IMG/VR virus record: IMGVR_UViG_3300050015_000776
Coordinates: 1 to 48,419 of that record
Length of the DNA stretch: 48,419 bases
Source of the DNA: a virus
Taxonomy: Duplodnaviria; Caudoviricetes
Direction: 5' to 3' (one strand)
Shown: piece after piece, positions 38,101 to 47,444 of the stretch
Layout: every line of letters begins with the position of its first letter
How positions within the stretch are numbered: position 1 is the stretch's first letter
Program-made: the position numbers and the translations under genes
The notes under the pieces: generated by a model
Databases searched by the model: none
What the model saw: the letters and a program-made list of their open reading frames with translations, nothing else
Told to the model about the DNA's origin: nothing

Positions 38101-38540
38101 AGCTTTTTCGCGTTGTCGACATTGATCCCCGCAACAATCAGGCGGTTCACTGCAGCGGTGGCATCGGCGGTCGCGAAACCGGCCTTCTGAAAGGACGCGA
38201 CGGCGTTCATGGCGCTCTCCGCCGCCACGCCGTTCGCTTTGGAGAGCGCGAGCATTCCAACCTGCAGACGTTCGACGTGGGCCTCGGCCTCGACGGCGCC
38301 GATCGACCACTCCTTGAGCCAGCTCACCACGCTCTTGATCGAGTCGGCGAGCAGATTGCCGGCTGTGGCGCCTTTGACGATGGAGGCTGTCATGCCGTCC
38401 ATGGCCGTTGAACTGTTCCTCGCTGCGCGCACAGCGCTCTGCTCTGTGTCGCTAAGCGTCTTGTTGAAGCTGCCGAGCGCGGCATTGGCCTGCTGCGGGT
38501 CGACCTGCACAGTGAGTTCGAGCTTTGTGGCGTCTGACAT
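35118..38540 (-). CDS. Tape measure protein
   Basis: 1140 aa, Ala-rich helical, hydrophobic patches, LNPIG motif, Gly-rich C-terminus; follows the tail chaperones. Confidence 0.92.
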   Translation of the reverse strand: MSDATKLELTVQVDPQQANAALGSFNKTLSDTEQSAVRAARNSSTAMDGMTASIVKGATAGNLLADSIKSVVSWLKEWSIGAVEAEAHVERLQVGMLALSKANGVAAESAMNAVASFQKAGFATADATAAVNRLIVAGINVDNAKKLATMANDVAAISGTTRPEAAAALMNAVEYGNARDLRRIGLPKIDFEGAIKQRETATGYKVTEDEATLIRLNLVLQERIRIQGAGAAADKTAEGQAEKLRLEIEALKLAIGQDLQGEYKKLLTAVREFIGYIKEHKDQLEHLAEVFLVLGGALAVAAIAFKIREIVTAMTGLNAVLALNPIGVAAGLAVIGGAILYSRYSDQDKGWADRQKALNEKKGILQVRPELGDAASNNFSSLSAFSYENGVLSPKGGAAKPEPRELSEHAKEVLKIEAETAKEAADAWGKEHSELAKIIAEHDQHIVQLRTEGKLNDTIRKNIDSRMMAEWTWMNKIWNKKQADLQMDKSAKEAEERFAVSEINTRGGPLGPQQSAAAEYSYGTWVQGQAGAAGDLQTARDARLRSVELADAEALKTNYQQTIRAKVGLEQDKLAIEIDYLQRAQAAQEQAIIARYGDEAAAATDPYMRASIEARGHQEVQRSQTDVNVAIEAARESSALKEAKDLESEYQKHFDAIKNSAGTLFDALISNTKNFGQTLMATIRTAFLTPIKEALSAWIAGMLMGATAFTGGGARGKGGWMVGAGGGSGAAGPAAGILGFGGGLFNGGAGWAPGSAGFGGGQPGAGGMTVQPDGSVGFGASPSSGAGGGFGAVGPAAAILGFGGGVVNGPPGWDPAWGGYGGGPGMSAATPPFWGGAGGGSMAGGSSMGGGGFGMGGLGQIGGIANLFKGGGGLSGFWSRASGQSYGTAGVDGQPGVDMGGTDSTGGGAFSGGVGGIGGAALMAGGTMLALDGWKRGGGMGMLEMTGGGAAIGEKFGGPLGAAIGAGVGALIGGLHWAFGSNPTEDMKNDVKNAYGVKIDDTFAKSLVAEAGKMDFRVFLQQDKVHQEIMLYAQMTKSSVSGGTSGLYTDNVARGVNLTESGGSLYQSATYSNGGAYGYQSSLQSMGGFQTLTPNVTVVANMDGRATTNFLGGAAVSATGQSQGRTALASNLLSPAMGTI

Positions 38541-38568
38541 GAGGTAGAATCGGGCGGGAGGATTTCAG

Positions 38569-38877
38569 ATGTTAGACCAGAACGTCCGGAATGCGCTGCG
38601 CGGGATCGCGCTCGACGATGAGCAGGATCAGCAACGCCGGTTCGCCGACGATAGAAAAGCGGAGGAGGACAGCTCCATAAACCGGTGCGCTTACTGTCAT
38701 TTACCGGTCGACCGCGCGGCGATGAAATGCCCCCACTGCCACGAAGCCGCGAATGGTTGGCTGACCTTCAAAACCTGTCTGATGCTTGGCCTCGCGATCG
38801 CGGTCATTGCCTGGCTATATTATGGAGGGCCGCTGGCGTGGCTGGATAGCATGTTGAGCGCTTTAAAGGATTATTAG
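38569..38877 (+). CDS. Moron: Zn-ribbon plus C-terminal TM protein
   Basis: GGGAGG RBS; CAYC...CPHC; hydrophobic tail; antisense within the tail operon. Confidence 0.75.
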   Translation: MLDQNVRNALRGIALDDEQDQQRRFADDRKAEEDSSINRCAYCHLPVDRAAMKCPHCHEAANGWLTFKTCLMLGLAIAVIAWLYYGGPLAWLDSMLSALKDY

Positions 38878-39227
38878 CCCCGGGGCGTCCGTTTTCCCTT
38901 CTCCTCATTGAACGCCGCTTCTTCTTCATCGATCATGCCGAGCAGCAGTAGTGTCTCGTATGCGAGCTCGCGCGCGGTCGGCCGGACCTTGGCGCAGTGG
39001 ATCTCGCGCCGGATCAGGAGTGCGCGCTGGACCAGCCGCCCGGCGCCAGTAGAGCCCAGTTCAGCGTCCAGCATGGCGCGCGGGCAGTTGGGTCCGTGCT
39101 GGCCGACCTCGTCCGTGTCCTGGCAGCCCAGAGCATCGTTGCAGAGCTCCTCACGTCGGACCAGGTCCCGGATCAGTTCCCGCGCGGAGCGATTCTCCGG
39201 ACACCACTCCGCGGCGATCAGTTTCCC
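38874..39227 (-). CDS. Tail assembly chaperone GT extension (-1 frameshift frame)
   Basis: Open -1 frame GKLIAAEWCPE... starting at the GGGAAAC slippery site. Confidence 0.8.
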   Translation of the reverse strand, partial: GKLIAAEWCPENRSARELIRDLVRREELCNDALGCQDTDEVGQHGPNCPRAMLDAELGSTGAGRLVQRALLIRREIHCAKVRPTARELAYETLLLLGMIDEEEAAFNEEKGKRTPRG

Positions 39228-39868
39228 GCCTCGTCTCCCCCTTGGAGGAACATCTCCAGCTCCTCGATCGCCGCGCGGATCGCGGCGTTCTGATGGGTGA
39301 CGGGCGGCTCGCCGACATAGTTCTCCGCCGAGACTTTCAGTTTTGCGTAGGTCTGCGCGGCGGCCTCGAGGTTGATCGTAATCTCCTGCTGGCCGTGCGG
39401 CAGATCCAGGACGCTGGCCAGGCCGAAGCGATACTGCTCGATCTCTTCGGCGTTCGGCCCGCGGAGCACATGTGCGGTTTCGATGCCCCCAAGCACCCGC
39501 ATCGCCACGCGGAAGCCCTCGGCGACGCGCGTCACGCCGGTGACGTCGCACTCGTTCAGAATCTTCATTGCGTAGGAAGCATCCGCCGGCGCGATCGCTG
39601 GCCCATCCGGGTCGGTCCGAATCGCCTCGACCAGCAGCGACGACAGTCTGGCGGCGACCTCGCGATTAGTTCTGGTCTGGGAGCGGTTGCGCCCCAGGTT
39701 CTGCTGGACGACCTTGTTTTTGCGCTGGAAGGCAATCCACTGTTCATCGGTCGGGAAGCCGAGGTGGAGCACCCGGGCGCCATCGGGTGGCAACTTGATG
39801 GCGAGCGGGCGCGAGGCGTCGAACACGGGCGGCGTTTCCGCCGCCCCGGTGATGAGTTGGTTTTCCAT
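39218..39868 (-). CDS. Tail assembly chaperone G
   Basis: Between tail tube and TMP; ends GCG GGA AAC TGA. Confidence 0.8.
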   Translation of the reverse strand: MENQLITGAAETPPVFDASRPLAIKLPPDGARVLHLGFPTDEQWIAFQRKNKVVQQNLGRNRSQTRTNREVAARLSSLLVEAIRTDPDGPAIAPADASYAMKILNECDVTGVTRVAEGFRVAMRVLGGIETAHVLRGPNAEEIEQYRFGLASVLDLPHGQQEITINLEAAAQTYAKLKVSAENYVGEPPVTHQNAAIRAAIEELEMFLQGGDEAGN

Positions 39869-39874
39869 GAGCTC

Positions 39875-40915
39875 CTACTGGCAGATGTCGGTCGTGGTGC
39901 AATGCGTCACCACACTGGCGATTCCCGCGTTGTACAACGGGTCGAGCGTGCAGTTTGCCGCAATCCAGCCGCCGGACTCGGCAAAATTCACGACCTTGAA
40001 TTTAGCCATGGGCAGCGAGATCGTCGCGAGGTCATTGGCGTTCGCAGTGAGCGTGAGCGCGACGTCTGTAAACGACGTGCCCGCCTTCAAAGCGGCCCAC
40101 TCTGTTGAGTCGCTCTTCAGCCGGACGATGAAACTGAAGCCGATGGCGCGGGTGCCGAACTCGAGTCGGCCGCGGATCGCGCCGCTGGTGGAGTCGTCGG
40201 CGCTCTGGAAGCCGCTCCCTGGGAAGAAACCGGCCGCCAGGTCGATATTGTTTTTCCACGTGAACGTCGCGCTGATGATGGTCTTCAGCGCAACATAGTC
40301 GACCGCGTGAACGGTCAAAGCCATCGACGCGCCGAGTAGCAGGTGCTCGCTCGTGCGCGCTGGGATGACGAGGGCGGACGGTTCGGTCAACTTTCCGCTG
40401 CCGACTACGTCGACCGTCAGTTGCGAAGACTGCCGGCCGGGGCCCGAGTTGACCTGCAGCGTGACCCCTTCGACCTGGCAGCCGACCAGCAGCCGGTCGA
40501 TGAGCGAATTGGGCGTGGTCCGGACCTGCTCCACAAAGGAGAAATAGGGCAGCTCGATCGGGTCGCCGGCGCCCGGAGCGAACGGCGATATGGTGTAAAT
40601 CCAGTTTGGCGTTGTGCCGCTCTTGACCACGTTGCCCATGGCGTAGGCGAGTGCCCAGGTGAGAAATTCCGAGCTGGTGTATTTTTGCAGCTTGAAGGGC
40701 CCGTCCCAGCTGACCGGAAACACCTGAGTGGCGAACTCGTGGCCTTTGCCGATTTCAGCCGCGTCGTCTTCGGTGTTCAGCACGACGCCGGTCAGATCGG
40801 GGTTCAATTTCCAGAACGACCACAGGTCGCCGACGACGTTCGCGACGCCGATGGATGCCTGTTTCTTCTTCCCGAACCCTATTCCAGTTTCGAGAATTCT
40901 TGCTGGGCTAGGCAT
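39875..40915 (-). CDS. Major tail tube protein
   Basis: Position, 346 aa, beta-rich composition. Confidence 0.8.
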   Translation of the reverse strand: MPSPARILETGIGFGKKKQASIGVANVVGDLWSFWKLNPDLTGVVLNTEDDAAEIGKGHEFATQVFPVSWDGPFKLQKYTSSEFLTWALAYAMGNVVKSGTTPNWIYTISPFAPGAGDPIELPYFSFVEQVRTTPNSLIDRLLVGCQVEGVTLQVNSGPGRQSSQLTVDVVGSGKLTEPSALVIPARTSEHLLLGASMALTVHAVDYVALKTIISATFTWKNNIDLAAGFFPGSGFQSADDSTSGAIRGRLEFGTRAIGFSFIVRLKSDSTEWAALKAGTSFTDVALTLTANANDLATISLPMAKFKVVNFAESGGWIAANCTLDPLYNAGIASVVTHCTTTDICQ

Positions 40916-41087
40916 CGCTGCTCTCCTTCACATCGGCTGTCTTTTTCTCCCCGGGCGGGTCGCATTGATGCCAGCCCTGGTTCATCAGCGGCAGCAGGAC
41001 CTCCGGGCTTCCGTCCACCTCTTTCGGCTCAACCGTTGGATCCGGTTCGCCGCTTGAGTATTTTTGCATCCACACGGTGGCAGGCAT
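40908..41087 (-). CDS. 59-aa small tail-region protein (absent from the ORF track)
   Basis: MPATVWMQ...EVLLPLMNQGWHQCDPP; GGAG RBS; abuts both neighbours. Confidence 0.65.
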   Translation of the reverse strand: MPATVWMQKYSSGEPDPTVEPKEVDGSPEVLLPLMNQGWHQCDPPGEKKTADVKESSDA

Positions 41088-41561
41088 TTAAACGTCTCCT
41101 TGTTCGTTGAAAGCGGTCTGAATTGCGAAATAATCCAGGCCCTCGACGTCGCTCTGGCGCATCATCGCCGGCGGCTCCATCGGCAGGCAGTCCGACAGGA
41201 CTTCGAGGTTGCCAAGCTGCTCGGTCTGGCCGGTTGGAACGCCCTTCCAGATGAGCCGCAGAATGTTCCAGTACGAGGGCGCGTCAGTCCCAGCCTGGGC
41301 CCGGGCGCGAACGTAAATCGTGATCTCGTGGCGCCAGCAGGAGTTACCGCCTTCGGAACCGAGCGAAGTGCCCGTGTGCGCGACCAGCATCCCTGGCGCC
41401 GCCAGGTCGCGGACAGCCTCGGAGAGGCTGATTTCGTCTGGATAACGGTTGCAGTAAGAGTTGATCCTCGTCGGGTCGGCAGCCATCTCATCGGCGACCA
41501 GGTCAGGGATCAAGCGGAGGAGTCCCGTCAGGCCCGTTACAAGTGAATTGATGTCAATCAT
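41088..41561 (-). CDS. Tail terminator-like protein
   Basis: Size and position upstream of the tail tube gene. Confidence 0.6.
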   Translation of the reverse strand: MIDINSLVTGLTGLLRLIPDLVADEMAADPTRINSYCNRYPDEISLSEAVRDLAAPGMLVAHTGTSLGSEGGNSCWRHEITIYVRARAQAGTDAPSYWNILRLIWKGVPTGQTEQLGNLEVLSDCLPMEPPAMMRQSDVEGLDYFAIQTAFNEQGDV

Positions 41562-42169
41562 TGGGGCGCGATCATCTCCTTCTGAATCACCAAGCGTTTC
41601 GCCATATCCGACAGAAATGGCCGCGTGAACTCATAAACCGCCATGCGGTCCAGCGGTGAGTAGCCGAAGAACTCGTCCTTGTGGCTCAGCGCGATCGCAC
41701 GGTTGCGCAGATCGTCCTTCGTCCAGCGCGCGATCGCTTTGTTATCGCTGACCGAGCGCAGCGTCAGGTTGTCCAGGAATTCGCCGGTGACGCAGTAGTC
41801 ACGTTTATTCGAGTGCACCCGAAGATTCGCCATCGTGAGCAACGTCCGCAGTTTCCTGGCGGACGCGCGGCGCGGGTTCTTGGCCTTGAGCAGTTTATTC
41901 CCCAGCGGGCCCGCCGCCAGGCGCCGCACGGCAGAAGCCCCGGCGTCTTGCCGGACGTCGGCGTTGCCCGAGATCATCTTCATCTTCCAGATCGCATAGC
42001 CCTTCGAGAGTGGCTGCGCGGGCTGGTCCTGCAGTGCCGTGGCGGTGTACAGTCGCTGCTTGACCCGATCCAGCGCGAATTGGCCAATCCGTTGCATCTC
42101 CAACTGAGGAAACGTGAGCCGGTCGAGCCGGAGTTGCTTTTTGACGTAAAGGCTGATGAACCGCGCCAT
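41558..42169 (-). CDS. Tail completion / neck protein
   Basis: QPLSKGYAIWK...RDYCVTGEFLDNL, virion-morphogenesis-like motifs. Confidence 0.65.
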   Translation of the reverse strand: MARFISLYVKKQLRLDRLTFPQLEMQRIGQFALDRVKQRLYTATALQDQPAQPLSKGYAIWKMKMISGNADVRQDAGASAVRRLAAGPLGNKLLKAKNPRRASARKLRTLLTMANLRVHSNKRDYCVTGEFLDNLTLRSVSDNKAIARWTKDDLRNRAIALSHKDEFFGYSPLDRMAVYEFTRPFLSDMAKRLVIQKEMIAPQ

Positions 42170-42172
42170 CTG

Positions 42173-42517
42173 TCAGGCCCTCCGGCAGTCGATCCAGATT
42201 CCGAGCAGTTCATCTCTGCGCGTCTCGTAAACGATATATGTCACCTGCTGTGTGACCGCGACGCCGGCGATGTCCACACCCGGGGTCGGCACCATGAATT
42301 GATCGCCCTTGGCGGGCACGCGGGGCAACGCCGCCAATTCGGCATACAAGTTAACGACCTGTGACGTGGGCCTCTGGCCTTCCGGGTCGGGGAACGACAC
42401 GAGCAGCTCAAGCTGGATCGGATCGCCCCCGCCCGGTTGGAACGTGACAGTGTCTCCCCGTCCGCGGCGCAGGGCCGTGTGAATCTGCGGGGAGTATTTT
42501 TCGAACAGGTTTGGCAT
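42173..42517 (-). CDS. Head-tail joining protein (gpFII-like)
   Basis: Position; G.TVTFQP, P.KGDQF. Confidence 0.6.
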   Translation of the reverse strand: MPNLFEKYSPQIHTALRRGRGDTVTFQPGGGDPIQLELLVSFPDPEGQRPTSQVVNLYAELAALPRVPAKGDQFMVPTPGVDIAGVAVTQQVTYIVYETRRDELLGIWIDCRRA

Positions 42518-42753
42518 CAGCCCTTCTTGCCGGCAGCCGCCTTTTGCGGGGTCTGCTTTTCTGCTTTCGCCCGTTCCAGTTTCTCGGCTGCTGCCGTGGA
42601 TTGGACGGACTTCGCTATCGGCGGCGGCTCTGCGCTCACCGCCGATGCGATTTTGATGAGGTGCTTCCCGACTTCTTCGGAGACCTCGATGAGGGATCCG
42701 GGGAGGTGCAGTTCCCCCCCGGACCCGACACTGGTGATCGTGGTGACGAACAT
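42517..42753 (-). CDS. gpFI-like small protein
   Basis: PGSLIEVSEEVGKHLIKI motif directly after the capsid gene. Confidence 0.6.
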   Translation of the reverse strand: MFVTTITSVGSGGELHLPGSLIEVSEEVGKHLIKIASAVSAEPPPIAKSVQSTAAAEKLERAKAEKQTPQKAAAGKKG

Positions 42754-42755
42754 GA

Positions 42756-43784
42756 CTACGCCGCCGCGGTGACCGTCGCGCAGAGCGAGGCGTTCGGACG
42801 ATATGGAACGAGCAATGGCGCGGACTGGGTCATGACCATGCGCCGACTCGGGTCTTCCTCGAGCCAGGACTTCGAGAAATAAGGAACGGCCTCGAGCGAT
42901 TCGTGGTCCTGGATCGCGCCGAAGGCTTTGACGCCTTGCATCTGACCCAGCATGAGCAGCGTGTTCACGGGCATCAGCGGCTGGGTGGTGCCACCGGCGT
43001 CCCGGTAATAGCCGGAATACGTCCAGATGTCGAACGCGTCGATGGAGCCGCGGTAGTTGCCGCCTACCCCGATCTGGGCATCCTGGAGCAGGGTCGGAGC
43101 GCCGGCAACCGGCAGGCGGTTGTACAGTCGCGCAGTGACGCTGGCGTCCTGTTTGAACAGTTTCCAGGCACCGAGGCTCATCACCACGGTCCTGGCGGCC
43201 GAGCCTGACATCTGCTGGATCATGTCGGTCCAGGTCTGCAGGTCATTGAGCGGCACCACGCCCGTCTGGCCCCAGCGAGAAGCGCCGGTCAGCGGAATGG
43301 TGAGCGACGCGTCGCGGAGAAAGTCGATTACGACCGTCTCGTAGGCGTCGCCGCTGATCGTCACCTTGCCGGTCGCCAGGATCTGTGCGGCCATCCACTC
43401 GAGGCGCCGATTGATCATGTTGCGATGGGCGAGCAGACTCTGTGCGACCAGTGCCCGCATGCGGTCCGCCGGGTTCATCGAGCCCATTAACGCTTCACCC
43501 GGCATGCGCTTGAGCGCGGCCTGCGGGTCCCAGACGTTCTTCGGCTTCACATAAGCCGGCTTGAAGGACTTGGTGGTGTAGCCGAGATTTGTCAAGATCT
43601 GGCCTTCGCGGTACGGCGAGACGAATGGAGCGAGCATCATTATGTCGCTCTCCACGTCGAAGTAAATCTCCTCCCGTGCCTCGGTTTGCAGGCCGGGGAA
43701 GAAGGTGTCGACGAGGAATTGGGGTGGAACGTTCTGGAGACTGTTCACGACCCCGGTCAGGATGTTGGTCGAAAAGATATCCAT
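42756..43784 (-). CDS. Major capsid protein, lambda gpE family
   Basis: LAPFVSP, FKPAYVKPK, RRLEWMAAQ, MTQSAPL.VP. Confidence 0.95.
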   Translation of the reverse strand: MDIFSTNILTGVVNSLQNVPPQFLVDTFFPGLQTEAREEIYFDVESDIMMLAPFVSPYREGQILTNLGYTTKSFKPAYVKPKNVWDPQAALKRMPGEALMGSMNPADRMRALVAQSLLAHRNMINRRLEWMAAQILATGKVTISGDAYETVVIDFLRDASLTIPLTGASRWGQTGVVPLNDLQTWTDMIQQMSGSAARTVVMSLGAWKLFKQDASVTARLYNRLPVAGAPTLLQDAQIGVGGNYRGSIDAFDIWTYSGYYRDAGGTTQPLMPVNTLLMLGQMQGVKAFGAIQDHESLEAVPYFSKSWLEEDPSRRMVMTQSAPLLVPYRPNASLCATVTAAA

Positions 43785-43794
43785 GGTGGTGCTC

Positions 43795-44454
43795 CTAGTA
43801 GGTCGTCTTCACATCCACCAACTGGATGTCTTTGGTTCTCAGCGTTTCCATGCAGTTGGCGATGGTTTGCCCCGTTCCGAAGATCAGAGCGTTCTGGTTT
43901 ACGGTCGCGTTGAAATACGCGATCGTCGCAACGTCGCCCGCGGAGGCATTGGTGTCTTGCGCCAGGATGCAATCGGGGATCTGTGTGCCATCGACGTCCG
44001 CCAGCGCGGACAGGATGTACTTGCCCGTGCCGGCCGCAACGGTAATGTCGAAACCGTCGCCGACGATGAAATGCGTGGTCCCATCGTCCGTGAATGCGAA
44101 CTTGACGCGGTCGGAGAAGGTCGCAGCCCCTCCTGCCGCGTATTCGCCGACGCCGATGCTGGCGCCCTTGGGGTCCAGCACCTCGAATTCGCCGACGTGC
44201 GTCACGCGCACCATGTAGATGCCTGGCGACGCAGAGGGCTGCAGCGGCGCGGTGACGTCGAGGACCAGCGTCCCGGCGCCGGTGTTACCACCCGCTTTTG
44301 CGGCCTTGCTGACGGCGCCCAGGGTCGTTCCGCCGAGGACCGAACCGCGCAAAAGGTTCTGCCCGGAGAGGAGTGTGATCGGTTTCGTGACAACGTCCCC
44401 TTCGAGCAGGAGATTGTCCCTCGTCATGGAAGTTGAGGTGAAGCTCGCTCCCAT
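43795..44454 (-). CDS. Head decoration protein (gpD-like) with an inserted domain
   Basis: SGQNLLRGSVLG ... DGTQIPDCILA...NQNALIF, with about 100 aa extra in the middle. Confidence 0.8.
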   Translation of the reverse strand: MGASFTSTSMTRDNLLLEGDVVTKPITLLSGQNLLRGSVLGGTTLGAVSKAAKAGGNTGAGTLVLDVTAPLQPSASPGIYMVRVTHVGEFEVLDPKGASIGVGEYAAGGAATFSDRVKFAFTDDGTTHFIVGDGFDITVAAGTGKYILSALADVDGTQIPDCILAQDTNASAGDVATIAYFNATVNQNALIFGTGQTIANCMETLRTKDIQLVDVKTTY

Positions 44455-45825
44455 CTAATTGCCTCCTTGAATATTTCCGGAGGCGACCAGGATCGCCCGG
44501 ATTTCGGTCTGTTCGTCGTCTGCGCTTGTGCCCCCTCCGTCAGCTCCCACATGGGGATTGGGGAGGGCCCCCATTGCCGCGGCGAACGGGCTCGCCGCCG
44601 GCGGAGTGGCCTTGGGCGCCATGGCGAGGATGCGGGCGGCCGCGTCGACATCCACGTCGGTTTGGCACGCCAGCTCACGGGCGAGCGATTCCCTGCCTTG
44701 GGCCTGCTCGTGGGTGAGAATTGCGAAAATGCGGTGGCGTTCGGTCTCAGCGACCTCGACGCGAACGTCCGCGACATCGATTGCAGGGGCGGCGGGCGTG
44801 ATCCCCGCCGCTTGAACTTCACTGGGTGGCATTGCTGCTTGACCCCCTTCCGTGGAATTGGCGGCGGGACCGCCAAGAGCGAGCGTGGAGCGCGCGGCGC
44901 GCACCTCCACGCGAAAATCGTCTAATGCCTGCGCAAAGGTGCCGATCTCGTCGGCGAAGCCGGCGTCGATCGCGTCCTGACCCGTGTAGCAGGCAGCCTC
45001 GGTGTCCCGGACCGCCTGCTGGTTCATCGCGCGGCCGGAGGCAACGTAGGAGCAGAAGAGTTGATAGGAACGGTCGACCTGGGCCTGCAGCCAGGCCTCT
45101 GCATCCTTGTTGAGCGGCGCGTCCTGGCTGAGCCAATTCTTCTTGGCGCCGGCGTATACCGGGGTCACCTTGATGCCTTCCTTCTTTTCGAACTGCGAGA
45201 AGTCGTAGTGCACCGCGATCACGCCGACGCTGCCGGCTCCGCCCGTGCGCGTCAGGTAGATCCGGCTGGATTGGGAGGCCTGCAGGAAGGCTGCGCTATA
45301 GGCGTTGTCATCGATCGCGCACCAGACGGGCTTGACCTGGTTGGCGGCCTTGACGGCATCTGCGCAGTCGAAGGCGCCCCCCACCTCACCGCCGTAAGAC
45401 TCGACGCGGAGCAGAATCCCCTTGATGCTCGAGTCGGCCGCCGCCGTCTTGAGGTACCCCGTCAGCCGCTCGTAAGAGGCGAACGACGAGGGCGGCTCCA
45501 TGGCAATCCGGTTGACCAGCGTGCCCGTGACGCTGATCAGCATGATCGAGTCGGCCCGCTCTTCGGTATTACCCTCTCCGTTTTCCCCCTCCGTCGGCAT
45601 GGGCTCATCGACCGGGACCGCCACCGCGCGGCCATAGAGCGGGACCGCATGCATGGTTACGCCGCGGCGGCCCTCGAGTTCCGCCGTCTCCGGCTGCCGG
45701 TCGCTGAGCAAAGGCACTTCGAAGTTGAGCCGCGGACTGAGCACTCCCAAAATCACCTGGAGTTTGGAATCCTCGAGCATGAGCGGCGTGTTAAACACAC
45801 GATGCGCGACGTTCAGGTAGTTCAT
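44455..45825 (-). CDS. Prohead protease, S49 family (gpC-like), with C-terminal scaffold
   Basis: SYGGEV, AYSAAF, GSVGV, AGFADEIG; scaffold tail ERHRIFAIL...A.ELA. Confidence 0.92.
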   Translation of the reverse strand: MNYLNVAHRVFNTPLMLEDSKLQVILGVLSPRLNFEVPLLSDRQPETAELEGRRGVTMHAVPLYGRAVAVPVDEPMPTEGENGEGNTEERADSIMLISVTGTLVNRIAMEPPSSFASYERLTGYLKTAAADSSIKGILLRVESYGGEVGGAFDCADAVKAANQVKPVWCAIDDNAYSAAFLQASQSSRIYLTRTGGAGSVGVIAVHYDFSQFEKKEGIKVTPVYAGAKKNWLSQDAPLNKDAEAWLQAQVDRSYQLFCSYVASGRAMNQQAVRDTEAACYTGQDAIDAGFADEIGTFAQALDDFRVEVRAARSTLALGGPAANSTEGGQAAMPPSEVQAAGITPAAPAIDVADVRVEVAETERHRIFAILTHEQAQGRESLARELACQTDVDVDAAARILAMAPKATPPAASPFAAAMGALPNPHVGADGGGTSADDEQTEIRAILVASGNIQGGN

Positions 45826-47444
45826 ACGGCCACCTCCTGCCCAGGCTGTGCTGGCGCGTTTCTGGGATCGTCAGACGGGTACGGGGAGCCCACCATGGGC
45901 GCGCGTGGAGGGAGCTTCGATAGCGAGCCCGGCGGCAGCCCCATTTCCTTTTCCATGTCGAGCGCCTTGCGCAACTCGCTCGCGCGCTGCTCCATATCCT
46001 CCTGCCAGTCGGCGCCCTGTTCCGCCGCCTCCCGCTCGAGCGTTGAAAGGCCGGCGTCCATGCGAATGACCGCGGCGTCCGCCTCCTTGACGGGATCGAC
46101 CCATCCCCGGCCAGGCCAGATCCAGCGGGAACGGCAGTATGCGTACCGGTTGTTGTAGAAGTCCGGCGCGTCGACCAGGCCCGCGTTGACCGCCTCCTCG
46201 AGCCACAGCTCGTAAACTGGCTGCAGCCAGAGGAAGGTCAGCCACTCCCGCCGGCCCAGGAAAAAGCGCCAGGCCTCAAGCAGGGCGGCGCGTGCGCTCG
46301 AATAATTGGTTTTCGAGAAGTCCTTCGCCAGCAGCTCATACGGAATCCCGATCGAAGCAGCGATGTGACGCAGCAGCGAGGTCGTGTAGGCCTCGTATTG
46401 CGCGCTGGGCCTGCTCGGGATGAACGGGTTCAGTTTGGTGCCGGGCGGTAGCTGGATCGTGGCGGCGCCCTTGAGCGGCGCGATCAGTCCCCGGTTCTGC
46501 ACCATGTAGTCTTTGGCCCGCTGGTCGCCGTCGTCTCCGCCGAACATTGAAAGGAGCGTCTCGGGCGGCAGCGGCGTTTCGACGTAGGCCGCGATCATCG
46601 CGTTGATCACCGCGGATTGCAGCTCCGTGCGCTGGTAATTGTCGAGCATCCGGAACTGCCCGATCACCGGCGCCAGGATGGGTTTGCCTCGATTCTGACC
46701 GCAGCGCTCGGCGTCGTGCACATGGATCACGCGCTTCCGGCCCCAGGAGGTCTCCGCGGGGATCCGGTCCCATTTGAATGGCTGCTGCGCGAAAATGGAC
46801 AACCAGTCCCCCGGGTGACAGGTCGAGATCCAATACGCAAGTGGCCGGCCGTGATCGTCGATCTCAATGCCGCCACGGAGGATTTGCGTGTCAAGCTGGC
46901 CGAACGGAGAAGAGAGCCGGTCGGACTCGATAACTTGAAGACGGGTGGACCATTTGAACCCACGGCGCGGATCCCAGATCGGCAGAGCCAGGCCCTCTCC
47001 GTTCATCGCGGCACCCCGGAAAACCTGGGTCGTCAGCCCGCGCAGATTCGACCGGCCCGTTACATCGCACTCGGCAGTGTCCGCCCAGGTCCGGAACTGC
47101 GCCTCAGTATCGTTGCTCCACTGTTCGCCCCACGCCTTGTCCTTGCCGAGCGCGCGGTAGTCGGGCGTCGAGCTGAGCCGCGGCCCCGTGCCGACGACGT
47201 TGTCAGTGAGAGTCTGGATGCCGCCGTGTGCCAGCCCGTGATTGCGATCGAGGTCGCGCGACCGCGATCGCAGCGTGACGAGCTCGGGCAACAGGTCAGA
47301 GTCTGCGGAGCCATACCCGGGCGCCCAGTTATAAAACTCCTTCGCACTGCTCGCGCCGAAATATGAGTTGCCGAATGTGGCCATGCTCATGGGCGCGCCG
47401 CCGGCGCGCGCCGCCAGGCGCCTCTGCTTGCGGGATTGTTTCAT
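45822..47444 (-). CDS. Portal protein, lambda family
   Basis: LRSRSRDLDRN, GGIEIDDHGRP.AY, QNRG.P, NYSSARAALLE, WVDPVKE. Confidence 0.95.
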   Translation of the reverse strand: MKQSRKQRRLAARAGGAPMSMATFGNSYFGASSAKEFYNWAPGYGSADSDLLPELVTLRSRSRDLDRNHGLAHGGIQTLTDNVVGTGPRLSSTPDYRALGKDKAWGEQWSNDTEAQFRTWADTAECDVTGRSNLRGLTTQVFRGAAMNGEGLALPIWDPRRGFKWSTRLQVIESDRLSSPFGQLDTQILRGGIEIDDHGRPLAYWISTCHPGDWLSIFAQQPFKWDRIPAETSWGRKRVIHVHDAERCGQNRGKPILAPVIGQFRMLDNYQRTELQSAVINAMIAAYVETPLPPETLLSMFGGDDGDQRAKDYMVQNRGLIAPLKGAATIQLPPGTKLNPFIPSRPSAQYEAYTTSLLRHIAASIGIPYELLAKDFSKTNYSSARAALLEAWRFFLGRREWLTFLWLQPVYELWLEEAVNAGLVDAPDFYNNRYAYCRSRWIWPGRGWVDPVKEADAAVIRMDAGLSTLEREAAEQGADWQEDMEQRASELRKALDMEKEMGLPPGSLSKLPPRAPMVGSPYPSDDPRNAPAQPGQEVAV

